This document shows, one piece after another, positions 13,201 through 26,100 of a stretch of 64,000 nt of DNA (positions are counted from its first letter, which is position 1; the number at the start of each line of letters is the position of its first letter). The notes under the pieces are model-generated. The model was not told the origin of the DNA, did no database searches, and was given only the letters and a program-made list of their open reading frames with translations. Both the position numbers and the translations under genes were made by a program. The stretch is from Cycas panzhihuaensis. Its lineage: Eukaryota > Plantae > Cycadophyta. Location of the stretch: the NCBI GenBank assembly GCA_023213395.1, contig CM041465.1, forward strand, positions 134,671,741 to 134,735,740, written 5' to 3'.

Positions 13201-13841
13201 GCCCAGCAGCCGTAAACGCATCAAGAGGAGCGAGAATCGTGGGGAGTTAATGCCAAATAGCTTTCCAAAGAAGAAGAACGGTTCCAAGATTAAAGACTGC
13301 GTAGGAGAACGGAAGAAAAAGAGGTGCAAGAAGAAACAGACGGAAGGAACAATAGAAAAGCGCCCAGATCTGTTCGTGGGGGCATTGAAGGAGCCCAAGA
13401 AGGCTTAGTTGCAGCAAAAGGAAGAAGAAAAAACCAGCCGTAGCAGTTCAATGAAGACGCCAGGTGGAAATCTTCTCCAAGAAAGGGTTTTCGATTGAAT
13501 GACAACCAAAACTTCACACATAGTTCGTTGGTAATGGTACCAAAGAGTATGTAACAAGCCCAAAATGCGCCCAACACTCATTTCTTCTCTCCCTACTTGC
13601 TGTAGCGGTCCTATGCATGCTCAATAGAGCACAAACATATGGAATTTTGTAAGGAAAAATCCAAATAATTTCAAAAATAATGTAACATTATTGTAATTTT
13701 GTTTCGATTAGACTGAGTCTTTACTTTTTCATTCAAATTCGGATCATTGCAACTCTTGGTATTCGTGCCCTTTGGCTTAACATTAATTAATCACTACATA
13801 GCATTAACCATAAGCTGTTAACCTTAATTGCCACTCTAACA
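10225..13841 (-). mobile_element. Element C: non-autonomous (LARD/TRIM-like) derivative of the Copia family of elements D and E
   Basis: LTRs 10225-10578 and 12470-13841 (the latter split by an insertion). PBS rc TGGTATCAGAGC at 12458-12469. PPT rc TAAGGGGGGA at 10579-10588. TSD TTAAC/TTAAG. The 1.9-kb interior has no intact domain but matches the leader and 3' end of D. Confidence 0.88.
12734..13746. mobile_element. Solo LTR (~1013 bp) inserted into the 5' LTR of element C
   Basis: Perfect TSD TTGCA (12729-12733 / 13747-13751). Termini TAATTCG...CGGATCA (decayed TGATCCG/CGGATCA inverted ends). The C LTR sequence resumes exactly after it. Internal 21-bp tandem repeats ~12858-12930. Confidence 0.85.
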
Positions 13842-15659
13842 TTAAGTTTGAGATAATTAACCTTGAATTTTAACTTTGTAGCTTTTAACTATGTAATTTA
13901 ACTTTGAGGCTTAACCTTGAGCCTTCTAACTTGGAAAATTAACTTTGAAGTTAATTTAATGATTAATTTTAACCCTAAATTTTGTCTTGTGGCCCTATAC
14001 TAAATGGAGGGTGAGTCTTGTTTTCTTTCTATAGTGTTGTGGGGCTGAAGAAGAGACTAAAGCATTGAGGTAAAGTACTTAGTGAAGCTTTTTGACACAT
14101 TCTATGTGTAGTTTTTCAACCATGATTAAGGAGGTATAATGACAAACGACATGCTTGAAGATGAGCTACTTAAGGAAGTTGGTTTGAATATCCTCTAGCA
14201 CAATCCAATACAAGTTATTGAGTATGAATTTTATTCTTAAGAATTCCCATGTCTTCAACTTTTTAGCAGCATAGTCATGGAGTTCATGGAAGGTTTTAAT
14301 ACCTTTTCTGGTCAATCTAAGAGTAGCAAACAAGATAATTTCTCTGAGAGACGTCCACTTTGTTTGAATTTAGGGTGACCAACAAATGGAGTGTTGATTG
14401 GTCTATAGCCTTTTCTTGCATAATCCCCCACTCCAAGTAGGGGATTATTTGCACCTTTCCCAAGCTTTCCAAATGCTTTTGAATAGTGTGTTGCTTGCAA
14501 CTTCAATGGGAGCTAGGATGATCAACAAGATTTTAAGGGGTAGGGCATATTGTTTTGAGTTTAAGACAACCTAAAAACAAATTTTAGGATAGGGGTTATG
14601 CCTTTACAATCTCATGGCAATGTTGTTCAAGCATCATTTAAATATAGAGTAAGATGACTATGCTTAGGTCCTAAAAATGAATTTTTACCTAGTGGGAAGT
14701 AACATTTTTAGGGATGACCATTCCATACTGTGATGTTTGTTGGGATATAGGAGCTTAGGAGTCATAGAAAATATTATGGAAAATCCAAACTTCTATGTTA
14801 AGCCTTGGAATATGGATAGTACAAGAAGATATCTGATTATTTCATACATAGCATGGTCTTATATTGTTATGTGCTGTTTAATATTTTTATTGAAAAGAAG
14901 ATGATTCATTAGATTGGAAAAATTACATACAAGTGCATAGAGCGCAAATGAGAAGTCCACCTATCCCATCTTGGTGACTAGGCAAAGAATGCCTTTTTGG
15001 GTTATACATGGCTTCCCGTTGTTACTAAAATTATTTGTGCCAAATCCAATCACTACTTGTCGTGCTCCAAATCTTATCTAGTTTTATAGGCACCCTGTTC
15101 CCTGTCTCCATCAACTTGTACATGTGCAAGGCAACAAATTTAGCAAATGGTTTGGACACATACCATGGCTAGTCTTTCCACCACCTTTCATTACCATTGG
15201 TGGCTAAATTAATAATCTAGGCGACCAGATAGCATCGTTGTATCTCCTCCATGATGAATCTATTAGAATTCTTAAAGTGGAAATCATGCTTTAGTACATT
15301 CCACGTCTTCTATTGGCCATGTCCTCTGCCAAGCAATTGCTTGAATGTTAGTCCTTTTTTGTGAAGTCATTTGATTGTGAGCCATGGTGATTGGCCTAAG
15401 TATTTCTCTTCTTTCTAGATCAATGGCGACCACCATATAGAGTGTTGGACAAAATAAAGTCCTTTCATTGGGCTCCTTCCCTCTCTAGGTCAACCACTTC
15501 TTATAGCTCTTTTGACTTTCCATATGGTTTTGAAGATGGGCAGCTGACCACCTTGAAAGAAATTTGGGTGACGAGCATTTTGTGAAAATTCAAACTAAAA
15601 TGTGAGAAGCCAACTGGGTTAACATTGCTAAGGCTGTACTAGAGAAGAACCTTAAAGGA

Positions 15660-18600
15660 TGTTAGCGTGGTGGTTAATACTAAGCCACATGACTAATCTT
15701 AAATGTGGTTAGTTAAGTGTTAATCCAAAAGGTGCAAATATTGGAGGGTCATAACCAGTGGGTTGGCTGTATTGTTTGGGAGATTATAAAAAATCCTGGA
15801 GTCTGTTATAAAATCAATCAAGTGGAATAAATGTGATCATTTGAACTTTTGTGGTGGGTTCTTTATCAAAAGGTTTTCCGATGTAAAAATTAGTGTACTG
15901 TGCATTTTGCTCTTTGATGGTCTATTTGTTATGTATGATCAAGATCTTGTAGTTTAGAAAACATGTATGCATGTTTATTTACATGGTATCAGAGTTGAAT
16001 GGAAGTACATAACTGAGGTTACGGTTGGGTGGAGGTGATAAGATCAAAGGTTGTGTCATAATGCTTATGAGAGCCCTGTTTGTGGTGATTTTAATCTTCT
16101 GTAACAACTAAAAGAGCGACACAAATTTGTAATGGTAATTAAAGAGGTGAAATTCACCTGCCAATAAAATATTATCATTGCATATGGTCATAAATTAATA
16201 TTGGCCACTATCTAGGCCATGTTGGGCTTGAGTTGAAGCATTCTGATACTGATTGGGCATGTTGGTCACTCCATATGCTTGTTGGGCTGCATTTAAAGGG
16301 GATCTAACAATGGTTCTCTGCATTTGGCTCATTTTAAAAATGTTGGGATCCATTTAACCTCCATTTGGCATTGTTGGGCATCAAAACTTAGTGCCAAGAC
16401 AATAGTAACGTTATTAGCACCTTATATGAGCAAAATTGACGTTGTTTTGAGCATTTTCTACTTGTAGTTTGTGGTGCATTATTGCATGCTATTGTATGAA
16501 GGTAATTTAGTGTTCGTTGGTGAGCCGTAGGTGGTAGTTTGTAAACCAATCATCTTGTTTGGAGCCGTGTGAGCATTTTTGTGGCCATTAGTGTTGTGTA
16601 AGCATTATGCGTTGGCCGTGGATGTCGTTTGAGAAGTCATGGAGGTGTGATATTAAACCTAGTGTCTTGATTTATTTTTGGACATAGGCAACTTTTGAGA
16701 AAAAGGAACCTATTATATACTAAGGTTTAAACCTTAGTAAATATATTACATATATCAAAGTGTGTTTTAGCACATGTTTTGAGTTGCGGCTATTATGAAA
16801 TAGATGCATGGGTGTGAAAAAGTTGCCAATGGCCATTTAGCATATTCCATTTCAAATTTGGAATATTCTAAGATGGAAAACCATTGCATATACACCACTT
16901 GACCATTTTGGGTCAAAATTTGCCATTTCAAGTAGAAATATTGGTGGTTTTTTAATCAGGACTTACCATTTGAAGATCATTGGACATAGCCATTTGTATG
17001 ATTTGCTAGTTGAAAGTTAATTTTTGATGGATTTTTTGCTCCCTGAAGAGTGTTGGGTGTGGTGCATTTGTCCTTAAGCCTGCAAAAGATTTGTATTGAA
17101 ATGTGTGGAGCACGTAGGTTGAAAATCTTGTTGCGGAGGTGATATTGTTGGCAAATAGAGGCAGTGTTGAGTGTGGATTGTTGTTCAAAGTTTTAAAATT
17201 TCGGTGAGGGTGTGTGAAAGTGGCGACATTTTTTTTCCATCATTTGAGGATTATTGGTTGTTGTGGGCTCAATATTTTGCACTATATACATGATGGAGAA
17301 ATTGCCACAAGTGATTTTTAATGGCAATAACTTTAGTGAATGGAAAGCGAATGTAGAGCTTGTTTTAATGGTAAATCAATTGTGGAAAATTATCGAAGAG
17401 AAGGCTACTGTCATTCCGACAGATGAAAAGGAAAAAGGGAAATTTGAGGAGAAATAATTCATTGTTGTTGGGTTGTTGAAGTTATCGTTGGCTCTAGATC
17501 ATAGGGCACCTATTCACAGCTTAGAGATGTTGTATTTGGACGAAAATAAGTGAGACATTTGAAGAAGAGAAATCAAATTGTGGAGTTGTGTTGATGATGG
17601 AACTACTAAGAGCTGCCACCAAGGATGAAAACAACACAAGTGCCTACTTAAACAAAATAATGGATTTGAAGAACAAGCTGGAAGAGATAAAGGAAGATTC
17701 AACTGACAAAGAGTTGTTGTTTACAATCATTATGTTGAAACTACTAGTCGCATTTAGTACCTTTTAGACTATCTATGCTAGAGGTGAAGTTATGGAAGGT
17801 GAAACATTTGAATCATTGAAAAGTTTCATTCTAGTCGAAGATGGTGAGTTGAAACACCATGGCATGCTTGGTGGTTCTAAACCCAACCATGCCTTAGTCA
17901 TCAAGACACAGGGAAAAGATGGTGATCAAGGGGGGAAGAATCCATAGAAGGTTGGAGAAACATCTTGAGAAAAGAAGCAGAAAAGATTTGTTGCAAAGTG
18001 CCATTACTGTAAGAGGGATGACCATAAGGAGAAGGTTTGTTGGTTCAAGAAGAGAGACCAGTAGAAAGCATACCAAGATGATAAAGGAAAGGGTGTTCCA
18101 GCTCATTGCACATAAATCTCCATTTTGCCTATTGTATTAGTAGAACAAAGGGGCTTCTGGATCCTTGACTCAAGCGTGTAGAGGCACATCTCCTTCTATA
18201 AGGAGAACTTCATTGCATGGGATTCTTAATTCCAATGATGCAAAAATTATTCTTGGGGATGTGATAGTTATTCTTGTTAAAGGCATTAGGAGAGTTTCTA
18301 TTGTAGGTAGTCAGTTTGATAATATGTATTATGCACCTGAGATCTACAAATTTTTTTTGTCATCTCGAGAAATCTGCAAACAAGTATGAAGATTGAGCTT
18401 TATAAAGATAGATGCTTGATTAAGGATCCAAAACAAAACTTTTTTGTCATTGCCACCGGGAAGGTGAAGGATGATTTTTGGGTATTTGAGAAGTTTAAAA
18501 AGTAGAATAAATCATATGCCTTTGTTGCTTGCGTAGATGATATGAGTAAGTTGTGGCATGAACGTGAGTCACCTTAATTTTAAAAGCATGTCATCGATGA

Positions 18601-21580
18601 ACAAACTAAATATGGTGGAAGTTTGCCAAAAGTTTTGTGTTCAATTGTTGTTTGTGAAGGATGTATGTATGGGAAGCATTATAAATATCCTTTTGCTTAG
18701 TGTCATGCATGGAGAACCAAGGAGTTGGAGCTTGTCCGTCTAGATTTGATGCGGTTGCTATCAAACCTTTTGATTTCAAGAGCTCAATATACATTGGTTT
18801 TGGTAGATGATTACACCAGGAAAGCGTTGGCGTACTTTTTGAAGAGTGAGTTTAAAGTATTTGATTGCTTTTGAGAATGGAAAGCTTGAGTCAAAGATGA
18901 AAGTGACAAGAATTGTTTTTTTGAGAAGTGATAATGGCAAAGAATATGACAATAATGCTTTTAGTCAGTTATGTCTAAATCATGGCATGCCATGATGGAG
19001 ATGGCAAGGTGTATGCTGGAGACATTAAACTTGCCACCAATGTTTTGGGTAGAAGCTAGTAACTGTTGTGTATATTTTAAATAGGGTATTGACTTTAATA
19101 GTTCGTGGCATGACCCTTGAAGAGAAATGGATTGGTCCGAAGCCTGTCTTTAACCATTTAAAAGTTTTTGGGTGCATAGCATATGCACACATTCAAGATG
19201 AAAATTGAAAGAAGCTACATCGCAAGAGTAAGAAGTCTATCTTTATGGAGTGTATTGATACGAGTAAAACTTAAAACTATGGGATCTAGTGGGTAAGAAA
19301 CTTCTTGTTAGTCGAGATGTAGAATTTGTTGAGTCGTTGATACATCATGCTAATTGAGCATCGTTTGAAGGAGTCTTTTATCCATCTTTACTACCATTTC
19401 TATTAGGGTCAATTCTGCAAGAGTCTATTTTTAGGAATGTGAACCTGATTCAACCAAGTGAGGAGCCTATTGTACAAAGGGAAGATGGATTGATTAATGT
19501 AGATAATGAAGAGCCATCACAAGAAGATGTATGTGAGACACTGTGTGCCTCAATGCCAATACGGCCAAGAAAGGCTATTAAAGAGTTGTGTGACATTGCA
19601 AGATCTAATAGAATGGCGAAAAACAAAGAGTCAACATACCAATAAAGCTCTAATGGTTAACACCATAGGGTCCTATGATCTTGACTCTTACGATGAGGTG
19701 AAAGAGAATCCAAAGTGGAAAGTTACAATGGAGGAAGAGTATAGTTCTCTAATCAAGAACAAGACATGGGATTTGGTCCCATTACCTTTGAAGGAGAATC
19801 TTGTTGGATCCAAGTGAGTATGTAAGACAAAGTTCCACTTTAATAGTGCAATGGAAAAATACAAAGCTTGACTTGTTGTGTAGGGATTCAAACAGAAGGA
19901 AGGGATTGACTATGATGAGACATTTGTACCTGTCTCAAAATGACAATGGTTAGGTTGATCCCTTCACTTGTAGCCAGAGATGGATGCGAGTTACATTAGA
20001 TAGATGTAAAGTGTGCATTTCTTAGTGGAGCCTAAAGGAGGAAATTTATATGGTATAGCCCCCTGGGTTCATTGAGGAAGGACAAAAGGAGTTTGTGTAT
20101 CGGTTGAAGAAATCTCTCTATGGTCTAAATCAAGCACCAAGGGCGTGGTATCCAAAGATTGATGTTGAGTTGAAGGAAGAAGTATTTGTTACGACAAATA
20201 TAAAGCTTAATTTACATATCAAGAGGACTACAAATTCGATTGTGGTGATGGTGTTATATGTTGATGATCTCATGTTGAGTCAATTATCATAAGGCAATTG
20301 TGGATGTTAAATCCAACTTGTAGAAGACCTTTGAAATGACAGATTTGGGTGTGTTAAATTACTTCTTGGGCATTGAAGTATGACAGATGGAGGATCAAGT
20401 CATTGTGTTATAGGTGAAGTACACAGTGACCTTGCTTGCGAAGTTTAAGATGGAGGGCTATAAGTTTGTTTCCACACATGTGCTAAGGGCATAAAACTCA
20501 TGAAAGATATGAAGAAGCCTGTTGCAGATGTGATGTTGTATAGACACTTAGTAGGGAGTCTCATCTATTTGATTCATATTAAACTAGGTATTGTTTATGC
20601 AGTTGGACTAGTCTTTCATTATATGTAGAATCTACGGGAGCCACATTGGGTTGCAGCAAAGAAGATTCTGAGATATTTGAAGGGAACTCTTAATCTTGGT
20701 TGGGAGTACCTTTGTGGTGGAGTGGTGAAGTTGTATGGCTATACTGATGTTGACTGGGGAGGAGATTTCAATGATCGAGAATCCACCACTAGATATGTCT
20801 TTAGTATTGGCAATGGGTTTGTATCATGGCATCCAAAGAAACAACAGATAGTTGCACTATCTTCTATAAAGGTAGAGTACACTGTTGGTGTGAGCGAAGT
20901 TGTATGTAGGCACTTTTGGATATCTTTGGTATGCCTTGTAGCACCCCAGTTATTTTAGTTGACAGTTAGAGTATTATTCAATTGTCAAAGAATCCAAAGT
21001 TTCACGCACATACGAAGCACATTGAAATTTAGCACCACTACATTCGTAAACAAATCAAAGCAGGGAAGTTGCAGGTTGATTATTGTCCAAGTAAGAAGCA
21101 CCAAAGCACTTATTGAAGTACAATTCACTAAGATTCATACTAGATTGGGACTCCAAGAAGTTATTCTTGAGGGGGGCATATCAACAAGGATAATTCCAAC
21201 CTTCGTCGATGATTTCAAATAATAGATTGAATCCCCACATTTACATTAAGGGGGAATGTTAGCGTGGCAGTTAATGCTAAGCCACAAGATCAATGTTAAA
21301 TGTGGTTAGTTAAGTGTTAATCCAAAAGGTGTGAATATTGAAGGGTTGCAACTAATGGTTTAGGCGTACCATCTAGGGGATTGTAAAAGACCCTGGGGTC
21401 CATTATAAAACCAATCAAGTTGAATAAATGTGATTGATTGATCTTTTGTAGTGGGTTTTGAACTGAAAGGTTTTTTCATGTAAAAGCCTATGTACTATGT
21501 ATTTTGCTCTTTGATGGTTTGCTTCATGTGTATGATCAAGATCTTGTAGTTTAGAAAACATTTATACATGTTTCTTTACA
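15660..21580 (+). mobile_element. Element D: full-length but degenerate Ty1/Copia LTR retrotransposon
   Basis: LTRs 15660-15983 and 21257-21580 (324 bp, TG..CA). PBS TGGTATCAGAG at 15984. PPT AAGGGGGAA. TSD AAGGA/AAGGG. gag-PR-IN-RT-RH remnants 17290-21222 (YVDDL, YTDVDWGG) with many stops and a deletion in the integrase core near 18990. Confidence 0.93.
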
Positions 21581-23183
21581 AAGGGCTTATCACTTTCTTG
21601 TGCCTTGATCATCTATATAGCACAAAGAGCTTGGTCTTGATGTTTGATATTAATAATTCCCAATTTGGCTCCTTCCTTGGATTTGCAATAGACCTATTAG
21701 CTTACTCAACTGAAATCTTTCTTCCCTTCTATAGGGGACCACCAAAAAGTAGTGGAGCAATTTGACTAGTCACTCATAGGCAACTTTAGATGGGACCCAT
21801 CACTAGGAATAATACACATGTATGGCCACTAGCACTTTGGAGGAAATCTAGTGTCTCCTTGCTAATGATAGAAATTTTGCAGGCCATCCTGTAGATTTCT
21901 TTTCCACTATGTTAATTACATATTCCCACATTTTGATAAGGAAGCTTCAAATCCAAAAGGAATGCCTAATAATGTGAATATTTTTCTGGTGTTTATCCAT
22001 TCCCAATCATACTGATCAAGACAAGCTAACTTATCCTTTGGGGATTAAAGGTGACAAGCGGTTTTTCTCCATTCAATTTTAGTTCCTGAGGCTAAACAGA
22101 ACACATTCACATCTTTTAATGCTACTTTGATAGACTCTTCCTCAACTTTGATTGTGGGAAAAGAATCATTTGGAAAGTGCCCATCAACTAATTGCTTTCT
22201 TGACTCAGGCAGTGCAATCCCTCTAATTATACCCCACTAAACCTCATCCTATAGTAAATATCCTACTGCATTTACAACTACCACAAAAAGGGATGGGGTC
22301 AACGAGAAACCCTACTTGAAAAACCTTTCTACTTTGATTGGATTAGTGAGCGCACCATTTAGTGAGATTCTAGTTAAGGCGTTAAGCAAATAGGATTTGC
22401 GCCATGCGTCTAAACTGTTCCCCAAATCCCAAGGTTGCTAATATGAAGAAAATGAATTTCCATTCCACTTGATCATATGCTTTTTTGAAATCAGTTTTCA
22501 TAAGAAGTGTATCTTGTTGAGTGACCTCGGCCCATTCCATTCCTTCCCCAATAACTATTAGATTATCAGAGGTATACCTTCCCTTGATGAAGCCTGTTTG
22601 CTCAAACTTGACCACCTTTGGAAGGATGCATCTCACCTATCTAGCTAGTGCTTTGGCCAGAATTTTGTAAGAAACATTAAGCAAGGTGATAGGCCTCCAA
22701 TTTATGATGACTTTTGGGTCACTTGCTCTGGTAATCAATTTAATGCTACCTTGATTTTTTTGGCTTCCCAATAAACCCGATAAACCCCATGGAGAATTGG
22801 CTTTGTCATTTCTTAGGTGGCTTTGTAAAATTCACAAGGAAATCCATCAAACCCAAATGCTTTCTCGTTAGCCATTTTTTGTAGCGCATCTTCTAGCTCT
22901 TCCAACTTTAGGCAGGCATCGCAGTTGTCTCTCTAGGATTGAGAAAGTTTGTTTGGGATTAGTTGCATACGTTTTTCTAGGGCAATGTTAGCCTCCTCAG
23001 AGGGGGCTTGTGCTTGAAAAACTTGGAAGTAGCAACCTGAACTCCTCAACAATTTCCTCCTGTTTGGTTAATCTCCCATTCAGAGTTTTAGTGTGCAATG
23101 TCCTGCCTTGAGTACTTGCTCCTGAGAAATTGGAAGAAGAATTTAGAGCATTTGTCCCCATCCTTAATCCAATGTATCCTAGC

Positions 23184-26100
23184 TGTTAACGTGGCAGTTA
23201 ATTATTAAGCCGCTTAGTTAATGTTAATGCGGTTTAATTAAGTGAAAGGGTGTGAAGCCAATAGGTGCAACTTATTCGGAGGGTCACAACCCTAATCAAG
23301 TGACACCTCTTGGAGAGTATAAATGCCTTGAGGCCTTGTATATTTATCATCCAAGTATTCATTGTGTAATAATCAAGTGATCCATCAAGGATCCTCTTTG
23401 TGGTGGGTTTTTTCCCGAAAGGGTTTCCCACGTAAATTCTTGTGTACTGTGCATCTATTTTCTGTGTTTTCTATTTGATGCTTGCTGTGTATGGTTAAAG
23501 ATCCTGCATATGGGAACATTTGTGTATGATTTCATGTTCCCGAACATGGTATCAGAGCAGTAGGGTCCTACACAACTGAAGCCTGACGTTGAGCAGAGTG
23601 GTGTGATCGTTGGTTGCCGGGTGAAGTCGTCGAACTCAGGACTTATCCTGAGGGTCCATCACCTCTATCAACGTACAAAAGCATGCACAACAAATCAATG
23701 GCGGTTGAAGCGGTGGAGATCACTATTCAACGGAGTGTAAGGGTTATTGGAGTCAGTATTCAGGCGTGAAGACCGCACTTGTGGTTGGAATTGGCTCGTT
23801 GGGGGTCATCCGAAGTCGGTTGATGAACTGTTGAAGTGATTCAAGAGTGCAGAACACGCACTGATGGTGATTCGAGGACTTTGAGGACAACCATCTATGT
23901 ACACGTGTAAGTTGGTCATTTTCTCACAAAAAATACTACAAAACTTAAAAAGGGCAAGCCTTTTTTGGTATTTCATTCATCTTATCTATATAAGTGAGAG
24001 ATTGGAACCTTTTTGGGATGTTTTTAGCCCTCTATACCAAAATTGGATTGAGTATATAACAGAACATAGTATCAAACTGTTGATTTTTTGAGTTGTAGTG
24101 TCTTTAATTGGGAGTGTGATCCGCCTATCTCTGTTGTATACATCCTGTTGAGCTAGCATCTGTGTGTTGAGCAATAGCTGGGCTGATTGTATACTCCTTT
24201 GAAGACTTGGGTACGTTAAACAAGGACTGTACAACTGTTCTAAGGTTGTTTGAGTGTCTTGTATGATGGCTGAGCACGATTCATGATTGATTTGGCGCAC
24301 TTGGAGTGTGGTTGGGCATTTTTTGAGACTAGCTGGGCTCGTTTGAGGTTGGCTGGGCGTGTCCTTGGTTAGGATGGGCGTGTTTGAGACCTTGTGAGGC
24401 TGAAATCAGCCTGTTTACCAACCGTATGGTGAGTAATATCCCTCCATCTCAGTCCGTTGGTCCATATGGTATGTGGAGGACAACCTAGTATGAAGCGGCA
24501 GCCGTGTCCTTTTCCATCACCTCGTGCATTTTAATATTAAGTTTATGTGGTGCTTATACTAAGGTTCTAACTTAGTAATATCATAAATACCTTTTGATTG
24601 ATATTTGGAGCACATGGGTTAAGTAAGGAAGTGCGTTTCTTTGTAAAAGTCGCCACTTTTGGGAATGTGCCTTTTGGCATATTCCACTTCAATTGAACTT
24701 TATAAAAACCCTTTGAACCATTGATACACCATAGTATTACATATTGTAACATATTTGGAGTGCTCTTGGTCCATTTTGAGCTTGGATCAAGGAGATTTTT
24801 TTTTGTGACAAAGACTTGGAGACTATGCCCTGGAGCTGTCATTGTTCGTAGAGCATCATTTTGCATGCCTTAAGGGTCTTTTTGACACCTTAGAAGGTTA
24901 TTTAAAGGCTATTTGTTGACGGTTGTGGAGGAAGAAGCAGTCGGTGACCTGCATCTGCGAGTATAATCGGTGTTTTAAAGCCTTCGGGGATTGCTCTTGG
25001 ACTTAAAGGAGGATACAGGGGTGCATTTTTGTCCTTAAAACGATCGTCTGGTGTCGTGTGATTCATATTATTGCTCGTTGTTCGAGATGGAGAAGCTCAT
25101 GCCTAGGGTTATCTTTAACGGTAACAATTTCAGTGAATGGAAGGCCAATATGGAGCTTATATTGATGGTGAACCAACTCTGGGGAATTACCAAGGCGAAG
25201 CTTGTTTCAGTTCCACTTGACCATAAGGAGCGTATCAAACTTGAAGAAAAGCAGTTTATGGCCATTAGATTACTGAAACTCTCACTGGCGACGGACCAAA
25301 GGGCATTGGTTTACAATCTGGATGACTTAGCCGAGATTTGGACAGAGTTGTGTGATACTTTTGAGAAGAAGAAGACGAATAGGCGTCTTGCATTGATGTT
25401 GGAACTACTCAATTCATGAGTTGAAGATGAGAACAATACCAGCTCCTACCTGAATAAAATAACCGACTTGAGGAACAAGCTAGAAGAATTGAAGCAGAGC
25501 TCGATCGATGATGCGCTTTTGTTTGCGGTAATAATGTCGAAGCTGTCAACTGCGTTCGCCACATTCTAGACCATTTATGGTAGAGATGAAGTGATGGAGG
25601 CAGAAACTCTCGATGGGCCCAAAAATCTAATTCTAGCAGAGGATGCCAAGTTAAAACATTATGGATTGCTTGGAGGTTCTGGTTCAAGTTAGGCCTTAGC
25701 CATGAAAACTCAGAGGAAGGAGGCCTGTAAGGAGGAGAAGAGCACACATCGGTCTGGAGAAAGCTTTCAAGACAAGAAGAAGTTTAATGGAAAGTGCAAT
25801 TGCTGCAAGAAGGATGGTCACCGCGAAAAGAACTGTTGGTTCAAGCATCGTGACAAGCGCAAAGGTAACCGGGATGATAAAGGAAAGAATGTTGCTGCTC
25901 ATTGCATCCGGGCGCAGACCTTGTCAGCCGAATCAGATCAGAGAGACTATTAGGTGCTGAATTCTGGAGTGCAGAAGCACATCTCTTACCAAAGCGGAAC
26001 TTTGATACGTTGAATGCAAATCAAAGTGGTGCTGAGATCGTTCTTGGAGATACTCGCGCGTTGTCGAGAGATGGTATCGGTGAAGTTTCCATTGCAGGAG

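Noticed and set aside
13145-13408. Lys/Arg-rich 87-aa ORF
   Set aside because: Compositional by-product of purine-rich solo-LTR sequence
21733-21760. RGPPKSSG resembling the missing RHD3 IMGPQSSG exon
   Set aside because: Upstream residues do not match, there is no splice donor at the required position, and it lies antisense within the LINE
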